A DNA stretch of 64,000 nucleotides from Candidatus Multivoradales bacterium (GTDB lineage: Bacteria > Acidobacteriota > Thermoanaerobaculia > Multivoradales > Multivoraceae): NCBI GenBank assembly GCA_965223325.1, contig CBDCWI010000002.1:2336001-2400000 (forward strand). The letters run 5' to 3'. The notes beneath the pieces were generated by a model. It made no database searches. It was given only the letters and a program-made list of their open reading frames with translations, and was not told the origin of the DNA. Each line of letters begins with the position of its first letter. Within the stretch, counting starts at the first letter, position 1. Shown piece by piece: positions 61,952 through 64,000 of this stretch. Made by a program: the position numbers and the translations under genes.

Positions 61952-64000
61952 CTACGGCAGACCGAGATCTCGACGGATCGCAGAAAAGTCAAACCGGGTC
62001 CCCTCGGGCTGGCTGGCCTCGTCGAACTCCATCTGCTGGAGTAGGCGGTCAACCTTCTCTCTACCGCCCGGTTGGGCGACGGCCTCACGCGCCGACCGCC
62101 CGCCAAGCGCCGGCAAGGCTGCGTCCGCCCAGCCGGCGTAGAGTTCTGACTTCGTGTCGCGCAGGGTTTTCTGAAGCTCCGGCGTGAGCTCCGCCGGCTC
62201 CGGGATTCCGCTGGGTGCTCCGCGTGCCCCGCTAGCTAGCGGACCGACTTCCGAGAGTGGATCGGCGAGCTCGCGCATGCGATGGCGAATCAGCTCCCCG
62301 CACGCCGCCTCGACGCGGCTCCTCAGTGCATCGGCGCGTTCCACCGCATGGGACTCGACGGTGAGCGTGCGCGCACCGAGGCGCGCCGAGCCGATGAACC
62401 GTCTCCCAAGCGGCGGATTCTTTCCTTCGGCCGGCTCGAGGAACACGAAGTGGCTGTCGCCCTTGTCTTCTGCCGAGTCCGTGTCGTCGGCTATCGAACG
62501 AACGGCAAGAGCGACCTTCTCGCGCTGCCTGGCCTTGAAATCGAAGTGGTCCGAGACGAACAGCATCTCCTGGCCATCCATGGTCTGAAGCGACTCCGGG
62601 CGCCAGGCCAGTGCCTCCTCCACCCCTTCCAGCCATAGCTCGACCAGGCGGCGGGAAACGCGTGCGTCGCGGAGGCGCTCAATCGGAACCTGGCGCTTTC
62701 TTCGCAGGTACTTCCTGGCGCGCGCAACGACCTCCTGGCCACGATCGGGCCCGAGCGGCTGTGGATGTGCTCCACACAGAAGCGACATCCCTTCGTAATC
62801 GACGATGCGCCCGAGAAGGATCGCATGGCGATCGACGCCCCTGGACGCTTCCTTGTCGCGCACTCGGCGCGACTCGCCAGTGAGTAGGTCCGTCATCTCG
62901 AGCCACTCTCCGGCCTCGGTGCCCGTGACTTGCCACAGCGAAAGCCAGGCCCTCGTCTGCGCTTCTAGCCAACTGCGATCGGCCGGCTCGATGTCCTGGA
63001 CCTCATCCAGGTAGTGCTCAACGACTCGCTTCTGACCGACAACACACTCGTAGACCATCCAGGGCCGCGCAAGAGCAACCATTTCGGCCGGACTAGCCGA
63101 GAATAGGCGCAGCTGCTTCGACCAGCGCCGACCGAACCGTTCTTCGGCAAACATCAGCATCTCATCAACGATGAGCCGGTCCAGGTGGTGGCGCACGATC
63201 GCCTCATCTTCTTCGAAGAGAATGAAGGATTCATACGGCATGGTGACGCGCACCACGCGATCCTGGTCGTCAGCGATCGACATCGAAACGGGCTCGCCGT
63301 CTTTCTCGACCCGCTGCGCCCCCGCCTGGACAAAGAACCCGGCCAGGGCATAGGCGCAGCGCGTGACCAGCTCCAGCGCTTCACGGGCGACGGGAGCGTA
63401 GCCAGCCGGGCTCTTCGTCAGAGCGAGCGGGTACGCACCGGCACTGGCGACCGCCCAGCCGTGGCTCGCCACCTCCCGGCGCATCGACGCCGGAAGCTCC
63501 TTGCCCTCCTGAAACAGCACGCAGAAATGCGAAGCCGCAAAATCCTCGAGTTCCGGCTCGTTCTGCGCGTCGAGCACACTCTCGTAGTCCAGGTCCGATC
63601 GAAAGAGCAGAAAACCAGCCCGCGGATCACCGGTGAGAACCAGGGCACAGAGCCCCTCGAGTTCCAGATCGTCGATGTCGAGACGTAGAGTCTCACCAGG
63701 CTGCGGAATGTCCCAGGGCGCAACAGTGTGCAGGTAGTGCATGGCGTCGAAAAAGTCGGCCAGGTGCGAAGCCTCGATGTCGGCAAAAAGGTAGGTGTCA
63801 GGAAGACGACCTCCACCGACCCCTTCTTCGCTGAACCTCTCCGCCATCAACTGCAGAATGTCGTCGATCTCGGGCGTTGGGGCCACGACAACCGTTACAT
63901 TCGGCCCCAGTACTTCTTGCACCGTGTTCTGGATCGAAGGGCTCTGGACGCGCACCACGCTGGGCCGATGGCGCATCCCTCCCGCGGTACTCGTTCTGGC
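61952..64000 (-). CDS. Large hypothetical protein with a C-terminal MbcA/ParS/Xre-like domain; start probably beyond the window
   Basis: Long ORF running to the window edge; C-terminal W...ALPALGGRSAREA. Confidence 0.65.
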   Translation of the reverse strand, partial: ARTSTAGGMRHRPSVVRVQSPSIQNTVQEVLGPNVTVVVAPTPEIDDILQLMAERFSEEGVGGGRLPDTYLFADIEASHLADFFDAMHYLHTVAPWDIPQPGETLRLDIDDLELEGLCALVLTGDPRAGFLLFRSDLDYESVLDAQNEPELEDFAASHFCVLFQEGKELPASMRREVASHGWAVASAGAYPLALTKSPAGYAPVAREALELVTRCAYALAGFFVQAGAQRVEKDGEPVSMSIADDQDRVVRVTMPYESFILFEEDEAIVRHHLDRLIVDEMLMFAEERFGRRWSKQLRLFSASPAEMVALARPWMVYECVVGQKRVVEHYLDEVQDIEPADRSWLEAQTRAWLSLWQVTGTEAGEWLEMTDLLTGESRRVRDKEASRGVDRHAILLGRIVDYEGMSLLCGAHPQPLGPDRGQEVVARARKYLRRKRQVPIERLRDARVSRRLVELWLEGVEEALAWRPESLQTMDGQEMLFVSDHFDFKARQREKVALAVRSIADDTDSAEDKGDSHFVFLEPAEGKNPPLGRRFIGSARLGARTLTVESHAVERADALRSRVEAACGELIRHRMRELADPLSEVGPLASGARGAPSGIPEPAELTPELQKTLRDTKSELYAGWADAALPALGGRSAREAVAQPGGREKVDRLLQQMEFDEASQPEGTRFDFSAIRRDLGLP

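Overview
GC-rich bacterial chromosome segment; the gene content suggests Acidobacteriota (Thermoanaerobaculia-like), which is an inference. A mostly minus-strand housekeeping backbone carries fbaB, frameshifted prfB, lnt, SPOR, slipin/NfeD, a POT transporter, tRNA-Pro(CGG), PP2C, DnaJ-TPR, RodZ-like, long GreA, ECF sigma/anti-sigma, amidase and gatCA. Several elements sit within it. (1) A complete group II intron (13730-15639) splits a GNAT gene in frame and has a non-canonical GAUACG 5' end supported by EBS1/IBS1 pairing. (2) An accessory island (about 17.6-29.9 kb) holds a REP-like array, a VapBC module, a frameshifted Y1/HUH transposase with hairpin-containing inverted ends, and an Rhs polymorphic toxin locus. 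That locus has a signal-peptide Rhs with an unrecognised toxin tip, TPR immunity genes, a cryptic paralogous tip and an Ntox28-like orphan, and two of its cassettes are cut exactly at copies of the transposase end motif. (3) Two in-frame-TGA selenoprotein candidates are split by the ORF track (TlpA/Prx-like UxxC and AhpD-like CxxU). (4) A surface-protein cluster includes a C25 peptidase and shared C-terminal motifs. (5) Two families of long structured intergenic repeats are present, one with covarying copies 32 kb apart.
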